Shown: piece by piece, positions 8,497 to 18,214 of the stretch
Layout: every line of letters begins with the position of its first letter
How positions within the stretch are numbered: the first letter of the stretch is position 1
Origin: a virus
Lineage: Duplodnaviria; Heunggongvirae; Uroviricota; Caudoviricetes
Direction: 5' to 3' (one strand)
DNA length: 33,489 bases
IMG/VR virus record: IMGVR_UViG_2541047932_000021
Notes under the pieces: model-generated
What the model was told of the DNA's origin: nothing
Database searches by the model: none
What the model saw: the letters and a program-made list of their open reading frames with translations, nothing else
Position numbers and translations under genes: made by a program

Positions 8497-10246
8497 CAGA
8501 ACTCCATAACTGTGAAACGCTCGTTTTCTCCTTCGCCGCCAATTGGTTCGTTAATGACAGCAAGCATGGTTGCCCACGCAAGGTCGCCGTGGCTGCTCCC
8601 CCTCGCGCGGTCCGTTTCGTAAGTGATAAAGCCGCCCGGTGTTTTCACCTTACGCACGGCGTTAAAGGCCGCGACCAGCTCGCGTTCGGCGCGATCGTAT
8701 TCCCACCGCCCGGCACGCATTATTTGCAGCATTTTCAGTACAAGCGACCGTTTTGATGACAGCGTGAAGGTGTACGGAATAGCGGCAGGGAAAAACCGTT
8801 TCACTATCTGATAAACAGCCTCCCCGTTCCCGCCCGTCACATCAATGCCGATGTGTTCCACGTTGTAGCGATACGTGAAATCTTCAATGACTCTGGCCTG
8901 TTCTTCAAACTCCAGCCCCTGAACGCGTCGCGTCTCCACCGTTCGAAAACGGCCACCAGGAACAGCCGGAGGAACCACCACGGACACAGCGCCGCTGTCG
9001 CCGTTGCCACTGCTGCCGTTTGCGTCATACCCAATCCATACCGGACGATTCCCCATCGGGCGGGGAGCAAAAGGTTTCCAGTCTTTCCAGTCGTCGTATC
9101 CGTCAACACCGCAGCCAATCAGGATATTCAGGTTAAATGCCGATTCCCCTTCGCGGACAAACTCACACATATAGAGATTGAGGAACTCGTCTTCGGTGTT
9201 TTCATCACGAATTTCGTCGATATCGGTGTGTTTCCAGCCGTGATTAACCACATCTTCCAGCGTGACAATTTGCCGCCACGTCCGGTCAGGGCAGATAAGC
9301 CCGTTATGCAGCGTTTTCCAGTCCACAGAAAAACGCTGGCGTTTATGCGTGGCCTTTTTCTCGTTCCAGCGGTCGCCGTTCCAGTAGGCGTATGCTTCGT
9401 GCGTTTCGGTGGATGGCGTGGAGAAGTAGGTGCGCCGCAATCCGCTGAGGGTTGCCATAGCGCCAGCCACCTTGCGCAGTTCAGCAAAGCGACTGACCCA
9501 GAAAAATTCATCAAAATAAAAATTGCCCGTATAGGACTGCGCCGACGCAGCAGAAGTGCCGAGAAAATGCAGCTCTGCGCCGTTGGAGAGGATGATTTTA
9601 TCGCCCCCTTTCAGCTCCACATCAACTTCAGCCGCAGCCTTCTGAATAATGCTTTTAAACTGGAACGCCTGACGACGCGACGCAGACAAAAAATCTGGTT
9701 ACGCTGGTAAGGTTGCGCCACATCGTCACGCAGCGCCATCAGCAGTGCTTCCTGTGCAAAATACCAGGTCGCGCCAATCTGTCGGGATTTCAGGATCATC
9801 CTGTTACGTATCCCGGCTTCCCTGCAAAGGGTCAGGGAGTCAAACCAGCCCCGCTGATGCCACTCCAGCCTGCTGATGATTTTTTCCCGCAGTGCGGCAA
9901 TCTGTTCCGGCGTGAAATGATTTTTGAGTTTTTTCGCCCGGCCTTTCTTTCCTGTGGCCGTCGCATCCGGCTGGCCATCATGCATTTTTTTAAGCTGCCG
10001 GGTCAGCAGGTCTATTTCCTTAAAGTCACCGCCTGTTTTATTCTGTTTTTCAGTAAGCTGGATGAGGCGCGCATCGATGGACTGCGTGACACGCTGCACG
10101 GGTGGCGTTTCATCCCACTGGTCGCGTTTTTTCCACGCATAAATCGTGTTCGGGTTTATTCCCATCAGACGTGATATTTCTGCGGGCGGATAACCCTGCC
10201 AGTAAAGTTGCCGCGCACGCTGGCGCACAAAAGCGTCCTGAATCAT
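8496..10246 (-). pseudogene. P: Large terminase (ATPase) subunit gpP, interrupted by a 1-nt frameshift in a homopolymer
   Basis: N-terminal ORF 9611..10246 and C-terminal ORF 8496..9689 are each P2 gpP-like; frames diverge at the A6 run 9688-9693; one extra A would give a continuous ~583-aa protein reading NQIF-LSAS. Confidence 0.75.
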
Positions 10247-10400
10247 TGCTCCCCCTGAGTAATTACAGGAAGATTACCCGCGCGCGAAACCGTTCTCCTT
10301 AACCCCCTGTTCTGGCCGTTTTCTTACAACAAAAGCCCTTTGTATCAGCCTGTTACGCTTTGCCATCATGACTGAAGAACCAGTCAGAGGGGCAAAAACT

Positions 10401-11237
10401 ATGGCTAATGAAAAAAAGACATCCCGCAAAAAGTTTCGCGTGGCTGTCTCCGGATCAACTGTTGATGGCCGCGAAATCAGCCAGGTACATCTGCGTGAAG
10501 CCGCCGAGAACTTCAACCCGGATGTTTACGCTGCCCGCGTGAACGTTGAGCACTATCTCTCGCCATGCCCGTCAAGCGAATTTTCCGCAATGGGCGATGT
10601 CACCGCGCTGAGTACGGAAGATATTACGGAAGGCCCGCTGGCCGGACGTACTGCGCTGTATGCAGAAATCGAACCGACCGAGCGCATGAAGCAGCTTGTC
10701 GCTGACGGCAAGAAAATCTATTCCAGTATCGAACTGCACCCGCAGTTCTCCGTTAACGGGCGCGCCTATCTGGTCGGGCTGGCGATGACCGACACCCCGG
10801 CAAGCCTGGGCACTGAGCGCCTGAAATTCACGGCACAGCAACGTCAGGCGGTGATGACGTTCAACAGTATCCAGGGTGAAGCACCGCTTATCTCCGAAGC
10901 CATCGAGTCTGAAATCATCGAAATGGCAGAACAACGCCAGGAAGAAGGCACCCAGTGGTTTAACCGCGTAATGGGGATTATTGGTCGTGGCCGCAAAGCG
11001 GATGACGCCAGTTTCTCCCGAATTCAGGAAGCGGTGGAAGGCGTTGCAACGTCACAGGCCGACATTATCGACCGTTTTAATGTGCTGGAAACCCGCCATC
11101 AGCAGGACCGCCAGAAAATCACGTCACTGACCACAGAGCTGACAGCATTGAAGGAAAAACTGCGCACGCAGGACGGCGATCCGCAGAACCGCTTCACCGC
11201 AACGGGCGCAGCCTCCGACCAGCTGGCTGACTTCTGA
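10401..11237 (+). CDS. O: Capsid scaffolding protein gpO
   Basis: Start ATG 10401 (MANEKKTSRKKFRVAV); P2 gpO-like motifs YLVGLAMTDTPASLGTE. Confidence 0.85.
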   Translation: MANEKKTSRKKFRVAVSGSTVDGREISQVHLREAAENFNPDVYAARVNVEHYLSPCPSSEFSAMGDVTALSTEDITEGPLAGRTALYAEIEPTERMKQLVADGKKIYSSIELHPQFSVNGRAYLVGLAMTDTPASLGTERLKFTAQQRQAVMTFNSIQGEAPLISEAIESEIIEMAEQRQEEGTQWFNRVMGIIGRGRKADDASFSRIQEAVEGVATSQADIIDRFNVLETRHQQDRQKITSLTTELTALKEKLRTQDGDPQNRFTATGAASDQLADF

Positions 11238-11260
11238 TAAGACAAAGGAGCAAATTTTTT

Positions 11261-12313
11261 ATGAATCTGGTGATGTCAGATATTACCCGCAACAAGCTGG
11301 GTTGCTATATGGCGCAGCAGGCGTCGCTTAACAATATCCCGGTATCTGCACTGGTATCGCGATTTACCGTGGAACCCGCGGTGCAGCAGCGTTTTGAAAA
11401 CGCCTCAAAGGAAAGTACCGAATTTACGAAAAGAATTAACGTGATCGGCGTGACCGACCAGAAAGGCGAAAAAATCCTCCTGGACACCACCGGGCCAATT
11501 GCGCGCACGAATAGCAGTTATGACGGCATCAAACGCCGTAACCCGAATAACGTGCTCGATATGAAGTCTCGTCAGTACCAGTGCGAACAGGTGAACTACG
11601 ATACCTTTATTTCGTACCCACAGCTTGATACCTGGGCAGCCCACAGCGATTTTCAGTCCCGTATCAGTACACAGATCGCCCGGCAGGTAGCGCTTGATCG
11701 CATCATGATTGGCTTTAACGGCACATCCCACGCCTACGAGTCTGATTTTCACACCAACAAGCTGCTTCAGGACGTTAACGTGGGCTGGCTGGAGCACATC
11801 AGAACCGATGCCAGCGAGCGCGTAATGAATGACGTGACGCTGACCTCCCGCAACATGGACAACACTGTGGCGCACGCGGGTAAGTATGCGAATGCCGATG
11901 CTCTGGTACAGGATGCGCGCTCATCCCTGCTGGATGAATGGCACAAGGAAGCTGACGACCTCGCGGTGATTATGGGGCGCAACCTGTTTAACTCGCTGCG
12001 TCTGCCCGTGCTGAACAGCATCAGCGGCCAGAATCCCAATGCGGAATTACTTGCCGGGCAGCTCATCCTGTCATCGCGCACCATTGGCGGGCTGGGCGTG
12101 TTCCTTGCGCCGTTCTTCCCGGATGCAACGATGCTTATCACCTCGTTCAACAACCTGTCGATTTACTGGCAGAAAGGTTCAATGCGTCGCCTGATGAAAG
12201 ACGAGCCGGAATACAACCGCATCGCCACCTACCAGTCCATCAATGACGCTTATGTCGTTGAAGACTATGGCAAGTGCGCGATGATCACTGGCCTGAAGTT
12301 CGCCGACAGCTAA
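11261..12313 (+). CDS. N: Major capsid protein gpN
   Basis: 350 aa; P2 gpN-like motifs FTVEP, VGWL, NLSIYW, YVVEDY. Confidence 0.9.
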   Translation: MNLVMSDITRNKLGCYMAQQASLNNIPVSALVSRFTVEPAVQQRFENASKESTEFTKRINVIGVTDQKGEKILLDTTGPIARTNSSYDGIKRRNPNNVLDMKSRQYQCEQVNYDTFISYPQLDTWAAHSDFQSRISTQIARQVALDRIMIGFNGTSHAYESDFHTNKLLQDVNVGWLEHIRTDASERVMNDVTLTSRNMDNTVAHAGKYANADALVQDARSSLLDEWHKEADDLAVIMGRNLFNSLRLPVLNSISGQNPNAELLAGQLILSSRTIGGLGVFLAPFFPDATMLITSFNNLSIYWQKGSMRRLMKDEPEYNRIATYQSINDAYVVEDYGKCAMITGLKFADS

Positions 12314-12358
12314 TCAACTCACGGCGGGCATCATGCCCGCCTGTAACGGAGAGAAAAA

Positions 12359-13159
12359 ATGATTACTCCTGCACAACAACACTGGCAGAACGTGATGGCA
12401 CAGCGCGCAGGCCGGGCGAATGAAGGTGTGGACCACGCCGCGCGTACCGCGCATGAAGAGGTGCTGTATCGTCTGCGTCTGGCACAGGCCAGGCTAAAGG
12501 GCGTACAGGCCAGAAGCGCGAAAGCCGCCATCAAAAAAGAGTTGTTGCCGGACTTTTCCGGCTGGATTGAGGGAACGCTGGAGACTGACGGCGGGCAACA
12601 GGACGAAGTAATTGCCACGCTGATGGTGTGGGCGATTGACTGCGGCGATCTTCCGCTGGCGCTGCGTATTGGTGCATATGTGGTCCGTCACAACCTCATC
12701 ATGCCGGATAACTTTGGCCGTACTGCTGCCACGGTACTGACCGAAGAAATCTGCAACCCGGTACTGACGCAGGCCGGGACGGATGCCGACGCGGATTTAT
12801 CCGCCTTTATCGAACCACTGGACACACTTTGGGAAATTGTCGCCAACCAGGACATGCCGGACGAAGTGCGCGCCAAATTATGCAAGGCGTGTGCCTTTGC
12901 CCGTCGTGGCCTGACCGATGCAGACAACATGGCCTCATCACTGAAGCTGCTGCGCGAAGCGATGCACCTGAACCCGAACGCAGGTGTGAAACGCGAGATT
13001 GCAACCCTTTCCCGCGCCCTGAAAAAAGCCGATTCCGCAGCCGCACCAGAAGACGCCAGCGCACAGCAGACGCAGGACGAAAGCAGCAAAAGTAAAAAGA
13101 CAACGCAGAAGCCTGCAACACGAAAAACCACCGCGTCGCAGAAGGCGAAGCGCGGTTAA
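12359..13159 (+). CDS. M: Terminase small (endonuclease) subunit gpM
   Basis: 266 aa; DMPDEVRAKL and AGVKREI motifs as in P2 gpM; basic C-terminal tail. Confidence 0.85.
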   Translation: MITPAQQHWQNVMAQRAGRANEGVDHAARTAHEEVLYRLRLAQARLKGVQARSAKAAIKKELLPDFSGWIEGTLETDGGQQDEVIATLMVWAIDCGDLPLALRIGAYVVRHNLIMPDNFGRTAATVLTEEICNPVLTQAGTDADADLSAFIEPLDTLWEIVANQDMPDEVRAKLCKACAFARRGLTDADNMASSLKLLREAMHLNPNAGVKREIATLSRALKKADSAAAPEDASAQQTQDESSKSKKTTQKPATRKTTASQKAKRG

Positions 13160-13262
13160 CGACTGACCCCGTCAGCGGGCGGCGTGCGCGGTGTTCCGGT
13201 TTGACTCCGTGACCGTTTACACCGCGCACCCACCGCCCGATTTTTTTTCAGGAGTGAACTCC

Positions 13263-13757
13263 ATGAGTATGGTTGCCAGAACTGAACCAGGACCCGCAGA
13301 GGACGACATCACCGATACCGATGATGGCGACACTCGCATTTCAGCAGGTGCATTCTGGCCGGATATTGTGCTGCGCGAGCTGCGTCTGGCGGTACGACTG
13401 CCGGGCCGCGTGACCACCTCCCGCCTGCTGCATACCGCCACTGGGGCCGTGGCTCACGTTACCCGCGAACTGGAAGCGTGGCAGCAGGAACAGCAGGCGG
13501 CTGGCCATCAGACGCTGGCCGATGTTCCGGCACCCGTAATTAACGGAGAAAGCGTCAATCTCTGGCACTGGCGCAATGCTGTTTATACCGCCACACGTGC
13601 CCTGATTCTGGAGCGTTACCGCGATGCGGACACAACGGACAAGGGCGATCGCCGGGCGGACGCACTGGATATACAGACATCGGATTTGTGGCGCGATGTG
13701 AGCTGGGCCATCTCTGACATTCTGTGCCGCCCGCGAATCTTTGCGGAGTTGTGCTGA
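13263..13757 (+). CDS. L: Head completion/stabilisation protein gpL
   Basis: ATG 13263 after SD AGGAGTG; the longer ORF from 13191 lacks an SD. Confidence 0.75.
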   Translation: MSMVARTEPGPAEDDITDTDDGDTRISAGAFWPDIVLRELRLAVRLPGRVTTSRLLHTATGAVAHVTRELEAWQQEQQAAGHQTLADVPAPVINGESVNLWHWRNAVYTATRALILERYRDADTTDKGDRRADALDIQTSDLWRDVSWAISDILCRPRIFAELC

Positions 13758-13957
13758 TGAAAGTGAAGGCACTGGAAGACGACACCGTGGATTCGCTCTG
13801 TTTCCGGTACTACGGCACGACGCAGGGCGTCACCGAAAAGGTGCTGGATGCCAACCCCGGACTCTGTCAGCAGGTATTTCTGGACGCCGGGCAGGAAGTG
13901 GAGATGCCGGAGCCGGAGAAGAAGAAACGAGAAATGATTCAGTTGTGGGGGGAGTAG
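13757..13957 (+). CDS. X: Tail protein X-like small protein
   Basis: 66 aa from ATG 13757, ATGA overlap with the L stop. Confidence 0.65.
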   Translation: MKVKALEDDTVDSLCFRYYGTTQGVTEKVLDANPGLCQQVFLDAGQEVEMPEPEKKKREMIQLWGE

Positions 13958-13959
13958 CA

Positions 13960-14283
13960 GTGAGCACCATTCAAACAGGGATCACAGAGCAGGTTATTGC
14001 GTGGCTCTTTGACCACCTGCCAACGGTGTATGCAGTAGGCGCGGCGGTCAGCATTTCAGCGCTGATGAGTCTTTATGACGGACGAACACTGGTTCAGACC
14101 GTAACGGGATCGCTGGCGTGCGGCGTTCTTGCCATGGCCGTGGCCGGGTCGTTGCGCTTCTTCGGGTTTCCTGAAGATGCCGTAACGTTTATCGGCGCAT
14201 CAATCGGTTTTATGGGGGCAGAGAAAGTACGCGACAAGGTTATTGCGGCCTTTAATCGCAGGGTGAAGGAGAAGGACGAATGA
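13960..14283 (+). CDS. Holin
   Basis: GTG at 13960 just after the X stop; about 107 aa with hydrophobic helices (AWLFDHLPTVYAVGAAVSISALM, LACGVLAMAVAGSL); first gene of the lysis cassette. Confidence 0.65.
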   Translation: MSTIQTGITEQVIAWLFDHLPTVYAVGAAVSISALMSLYDGRTLVQTVTGSLACGVLAMAVAGSLRFFGFPEDAVTFIGASIGFMGAEKVRDKVIAAFNRRVKEKDE

Positions 14284-14672
14284 GCAACACATTTAAATTC
14301 AGCAGCCGGAGCGAAAAGAATTTGCAGGGCGTAAATCCTGATCTGGTGAAAGTGACCCGACGGGCACTGGAAATTTCGGAAGTGGATTTTGGTATCACCG
14401 AAGGATTGCGCAGCCGTTACCGCCAGAAGCAACTTGTGGCCACGGGTAAGAGCCATACCATAAACAGCCGCCACCTTACGGGGCATGCCGTGGATGTTGT
14501 GGCTTATGTCGGCAGCCAGGTGTCATGGGAATGGCCGCTGTACGAAAAAATCGCAGCAGCATTCAGACAGGCCAGCCAGGAACTGAATATTCCGGTGGAA
14601 TGGGGCGGCGACTGGAAGACCCTGAAAGACGGACCGCATTTTCAGTTACCACACGGAGCCTATCCGGCATGA
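14280..14672 (+). CDS. Endolysin, peptidase M15 (L-alanyl-D-glutamate peptidase) type
   Basis: 130 aa; metal-binding motifs SRH...GHAVD characteristic of the M15 endolysin family. Confidence 0.75.
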   Translation: MSNTFKFSSRSEKNLQGVNPDLVKVTRRALEISEVDFGITEGLRSRYRQKQLVATGKSHTINSRHLTGHAVDVVAYVGSQVSWEWPLYEKIAAAFRQASQELNIPVEWGGDWKTLKDGPHFQLPHGAYPA

Positions 14673-15142
14673 AGCTCTGGCCCACGCTTGGCGTCGCTTT
14701 CCTTCTGATTGCCGCATGGGGAACATCCATGCGTCTGTCGTGGTCGCTGGGCCGGGAGAACGCCAGAAACGAAGCGCAGACCAGCACCCTGAAAAGTACC
14801 GTCGACACACTGAATATCATCAGCGCCGGGGTACAGGATATGCAGCAGGTGCTGGCTCAACTCCGCGCGGAAAATCAGCAACGCAATCAGGACGGAGAGG
14901 TAAGACGTGAACAGCTACGCAACGATATTGCAAAAGATGAATGCGCCCACGCTTTGCCTGACGCTCGTTTTACTGACAGGTTGCGCAGGCACGCAGAACG
15001 CGCCACGGCCAGCGCCGTCAATCCGGCTTATACCGCAGACGCTGACCATGCCGGTAACGCCTCCCCCCTTCCCTGCCCCACCCACATGGGGAAACCTCGG
15101 AATATGGGGCGACCGCCTTCTGGATGCACTGGAAACCTGTAA
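14669..15142 (+). CDS. i-spanin (Rz/LysB-like)
   Basis: ATG 14669 overlaps the endolysin stop; N-terminal transmembrane segment MKLWPTLGVAFLLIAAWGTS followed by a charged, helical periplasmic part. Confidence 0.7.
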   Translation: MKLWPTLGVAFLLIAAWGTSMRLSWSLGRENARNEAQTSTLKSTVDTLNIISAGVQDMQQVLAQLRAENQQRNQDGEVRREQLRNDIAKDECAHALPDARFTDRLRRHAERATASAVNPAYTADADHAGNASPLPCPTHMGKPRNMGRPPSGCTGNL

Positions 15143-15218
15143 CGCGGATAAACGGGCCATTGCTGAACTGGATAAGAGAATAGCCGAACTGACACACCAG
15201 ACGGGAGTAACACAATGA
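14907..15218 (+). CDS. o-spanin (Rz1/LysC-like outer-membrane lipoprotein), partly nested in the i-spanin gene
   Basis: Different frame starting inside the i-spanin gene; lipobox LLTGC; proline-rich; SD GGAGAGG before GTG 14907 (alternative start ATG 14937). Confidence 0.7.
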   Translation: MNSYATILQKMNAPTLCLTLVLLTGCAGTQNAPRPAPSIRLIPQTLTMPVTPPPFPAPPTWGNLGIWGDRLLDALETCNADKRAIAELDKRIAELTHQTGVTQ

Positions 15219-17095
15219 CCAGTAAGAACTTTGCACTGATTACAGCCATGACACAGGCTGAACTGACCCGGAAAGTGAATGAATATCTTGCGAAGGGGTG
15301 GCATCTTCAGGGGGACACACGGGTAGCTTACGAGCCCGGCACCCCGTGGTATCTCATGCAGGCCATGGTGGCCGATGGTGCCACCGAGACGCCCTCTGAG
15401 CCATTACCAAACAACAAGACGCCGGAATGGTACTACGTGGTTGTGCTTGCCGGGCAGTCCAACGGCATGGCTTACGGTGAAGGGCTTCCGTTACCGGATT
15501 CTTACGATGCTCCGGATCCGCGCATTAAACAGCTTGCGCGCCGCAGTACGGTAACCCCGGGTGGAGAGGGTTGTACGTATAACGACATCATCCCGGCTGA
15601 CCACTGTCTGCATGATGTGCAGGATATGAGTACGCTGAATCATCCGAAGGCGGACCTGAGCAAAGGTCAGTACGGCTGTGTGGGACAGGGACTTCATATT
15701 GCCAAAAAACTACTCCCGTATATCCCGAATAACGCGGGGATCCTGCTGGTACCATGCTGTCGTGGTGGTTCGGCATTCACTCAGGGCGCGGAGGGAACAT
15801 TCAGTACGACCACGGGGGCCAGCCAGGATTCGGCGCGCTGGGGTGCGGGTAAGCCGTTATATCAGGACCTGATCGCACGCACCAAAGCGGCATTACAGAA
15901 GAACCCGAAAAATGTGTTGCTGGCGGTGTGCTGGATGCAGGGCGAATTTGACATGAGCGCTGCCACCTACGCACAGCAACCGGACCTGTTCACGGCCATG
16001 CTGAAGCAGTTCCGTACTGACCTTTCCGGATTTAACGCGCAGTGCCATGGCGGCAGTGCTGCAGTTATACCGTGGATTTGTGGCGACACGACGTATTACT
16101 GGAAAAACACATACGGCACACAGTATGACTCCGTCTACGGCGCGTACAAAAACAGGGAGAGCGACAACGTTTTCTTTGTGCCGTTCATGACCGACGGTAA
16201 CGGCAACAACACGCCCACCAACTTACCGGCAGAAGACCCGGATATTGCTGATGCAGGTTATTACGGCGCGCAATCCCGTAGTAATGGTAATTGGGTATCG
16301 TCAAATCGTCCGACACATTTCAGTTCATGGGCGCGCAGGGGCATTATTTCGGATCGCCTGGCAACCGCTATTCTGAACGCAGTTGGTCGAACCAGCGCCT
16401 TCATCAGCGGTACCGCACCGGAAATCAAACCCTCGCCCGGCGGCGACACTCCATCGGGGCCGTCTGATGGTGACACATCCGTTCGTACAGTCTCCCTGCT
16501 GCCGACAGCCGGAGAGGCTGCTGCGCAGGGCTGGACCATCACCGGCGGCAGTGTTGCGCTGGAAGATGGTGTGTTTAAGGTTACCAAGCAGAGCAATAAA
16601 ACTTGGTCCCTGATGCATCCGGTGGATGACGCAGTCTCCCTGCTGACACGGGGTGGCAGACTGAGCTGTAAGTTTCGACTGTCAGGCGCACTGACCAACA
16701 ACCAGTTCGGTCTGGGAATTTATCTGTATACCGATGTAGCGTTACCTGACGTCGTGGCGATGACCGGGACTGGTAACCCGTTCCTGATGTCGTTCTTCAC
16801 CCAGACCACAGACGGCAAACTGAATCTGATGCATCACAAGAAAGCCGGAAACACAAAGTTGGGTGAGTTCGGGAATTACAGTAACGACTGGCAGACGCTG
16901 GAGCTGGTGTTCACCGCCGGCAGTGCCACGGTTACTCCGAAACTGAATGGAGTGGCTGGCCCGGCATTCCAGGTCATAAAAGACAGTCTGACACTGGGGC
17001 TGAATGCGCTGACGTTAACTGATATCACTAAAAATGCCGCGTACGGCGTCGATATCGGCAGCCTGGTGCTGGAAATCAATAATCCCGCAGTATAA
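15215..17095 (+). CDS. NanS-p-like carbohydrate O-acetylesterase (DUF1737 N-domain, SASA/SGNH-type esterase core, C-terminal beta-rich domain)
   Basis: 626 aa; N-terminus MTSKNFALITAMTQAELTRKVNEYLAKGWHLQGD; GQSN motif in VVVLAGQSNGMAYGE; ATG overlaps the o-spanin stop. Confidence 0.7.
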   Translation: MTSKNFALITAMTQAELTRKVNEYLAKGWHLQGDTRVAYEPGTPWYLMQAMVADGATETPSEPLPNNKTPEWYYVVVLAGQSNGMAYGEGLPLPDSYDAPDPRIKQLARRSTVTPGGEGCTYNDIIPADHCLHDVQDMSTLNHPKADLSKGQYGCVGQGLHIAKKLLPYIPNNAGILLVPCCRGGSAFTQGAEGTFSTTTGASQDSARWGAGKPLYQDLIARTKAALQKNPKNVLLAVCWMQGEFDMSAATYAQQPDLFTAMLKQFRTDLSGFNAQCHGGSAAVIPWICGDTTYYWKNTYGTQYDSVYGAYKNRESDNVFFVPFMTDGNGNNTPTNLPAEDPDIADAGYYGAQSRSNGNWVSSNRPTHFSSWARRGIISDRLATAILNAVGRTSAFISGTAPEIKPSPGGDTPSGPSDGDTSVRTVSLLPTAGEAAAQGWTITGGSVALEDGVFKVTKQSNKTWSLMHPVDDAVSLLTRGGRLSCKFRLSGALTNNQFGLGIYLYTDVALPDVVAMTGTGNPFLMSFFTQTTDGKLNLMHHKKAGNTKLGEFGNYSNDWQTLELVFTAGSATVTPKLNGVAGPAFQVIKDSLTLGLNALTLTDITKNAAYGVDIGSLVLEINNPAV

Positions 17096-17118
17096 GGAAG
17101 AGCAGGAGAGCAAAACAG

Positions 17119-17586
17119 ATGCTTAAGACAAACAGTCTGCGAGAGTCCATGCTTCATGGATGTCGGTGGTGCCAGGCTAATCCCGAGAAATTCACCATTT
17201 TCGTGGAGAGCGGCAACATTGAAACGACCGGAGAAGCGCCCTCGTTTGTTTACCGCTATCAGATGGTGATGTTTGTCATGGATTACGCCGGAGAGCTGGA
17301 CGACCTCACGCTGCCGCTGCTGGCGTGGTTATCCGAAAATCAGCCACAGTTGTTGCTCAATCCGGAGCGTAATCAGGACATCAAATTTTCTGCCGTTATC
17401 AATGACGATGACAGCGCCGATCTCCTGTTTACGCTCCCCCTGCGGGAACGCGTTCGCATCACGCGCAACAGTCAGGGCACACCGCAGGCAGAACACCTGC
17501 CGGAGCCAAAACCCCGTCTGCCTTCTTCCGAAGGCGACTGGTCGCATGTATTCCAGGATGTGACGTGGGGTGAAAGCGATGGATAA
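17119..17586 (+). CDS. R: Tail completion protein gpR
   Basis: 155 aa; P2 gpR-like (LPLLAWLSENQP). Confidence 0.8.
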   Translation: MLKTNSLRESMLHGCRWCQANPEKFTIFVESGNIETTGEAPSFVYRYQMVMFVMDYAGELDDLTLPLLAWLSENQPQLLLNPERNQDIKFSAVINDDDSADLLFTLPLRERVRITRNSQGTPQAEHLPEPKPRLPSSEGDWSHVFQDVTWGESDG

Positions 17587-18214
17587 GGCATTCACCCGCG
17601 TGGATGAAACCTTTGAGGCTATCCGCGACAGCCTGAATCAGCAGGCCATCAATAACATCGCCAGAAAGCTGGCACAGGATTTACGTCGCGCCCAGCAGGC
17701 ACGTATCCGGTCACAAAAAGCGCCGGACGGGACCGAATGGACACCACGCAGACGCCGCGTAACCCGGATACAGGAGCGCATTCGCTTTATCTGGAATAAC
17801 GAAGCACGCACGCTGAAAAACTGGCATCACGACACGGGGAAATACGGGCGAACCATTACCGGGTGGGATGAGGATAAAAACAATATCCGCACGTTTTACC
17901 GGGATGACATCGACCGTTTTCTGGAAATACGCACCCGGCGCATCAACCAGGACAGCACAAAGCGCGTCCCCATGTTCGTAAAACTGCGCACCGCCCGCTA
18001 CCTGAAAGCCCGTGCAGATGCCTCCGGTGTGACGGTGGGTTACAGCGGCGTGGCCGCACGTATTGCACGCGTTCATCAGTTCGGTGAGCGCGATCAGGTT
18101 GCGCCGGGCATTTTCACCGATTACCCGGTACGTGAGCTGTTGGGTATCAGCCAGGCAGATGAGCGCCTGATTTATAACACGGTGCTGGGCCGGATTGCGG
18201 AGGCTGTACGGTGA
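17570..18214 (+). CDS. S: Tail completion / virion morphogenesis protein gpS
   Basis: 214 aa from GTG 17570 (alternative ATG 17579); VHQFGERD motif. Confidence 0.7.
   Translation: MKAMDKAFTRVDETFEAIRDSLNQQAINNIARKLAQDLRRAQQARIRSQKAPDGTEWTPRRRRVTRIQERIRFIWNNEARTLKNWHHDTGKYGRTITGWDEDKNNIRTFYRDDIDRFLEIRTRRINQDSTKRVPMFVKLRTARYLKARADASGVTVGYSGVAARIARVHQFGERDQVAPGIFTDYPVRELLGISQADERLIYNTVLGRIAEAVR

Noticed and set aside
8853-10174. Plus-strand ORFs 8853..9710 and 9713..10174 inside the terminase gene
   Set aside because: Antisense to the P2-like terminase coding sequence; translations look like out-of-frame noise.
10247-10367. Ogr-dependent late promoter motif (TGT-N12-ACA) in the P/O divergent region and in the FI/D gap 29577-29733
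   Set aside because: Only imperfect spacings (for example TGT-N15-ACA at 10308-10328) were found by eye; not enough to call a promoter without a proper motif scan.
13741-13959. Upstream extension of the holin ORF from 13741
   Set aside because: It overlaps gene X in another frame; GTG at 13960 right after the X stop gives a normal-sized holin.
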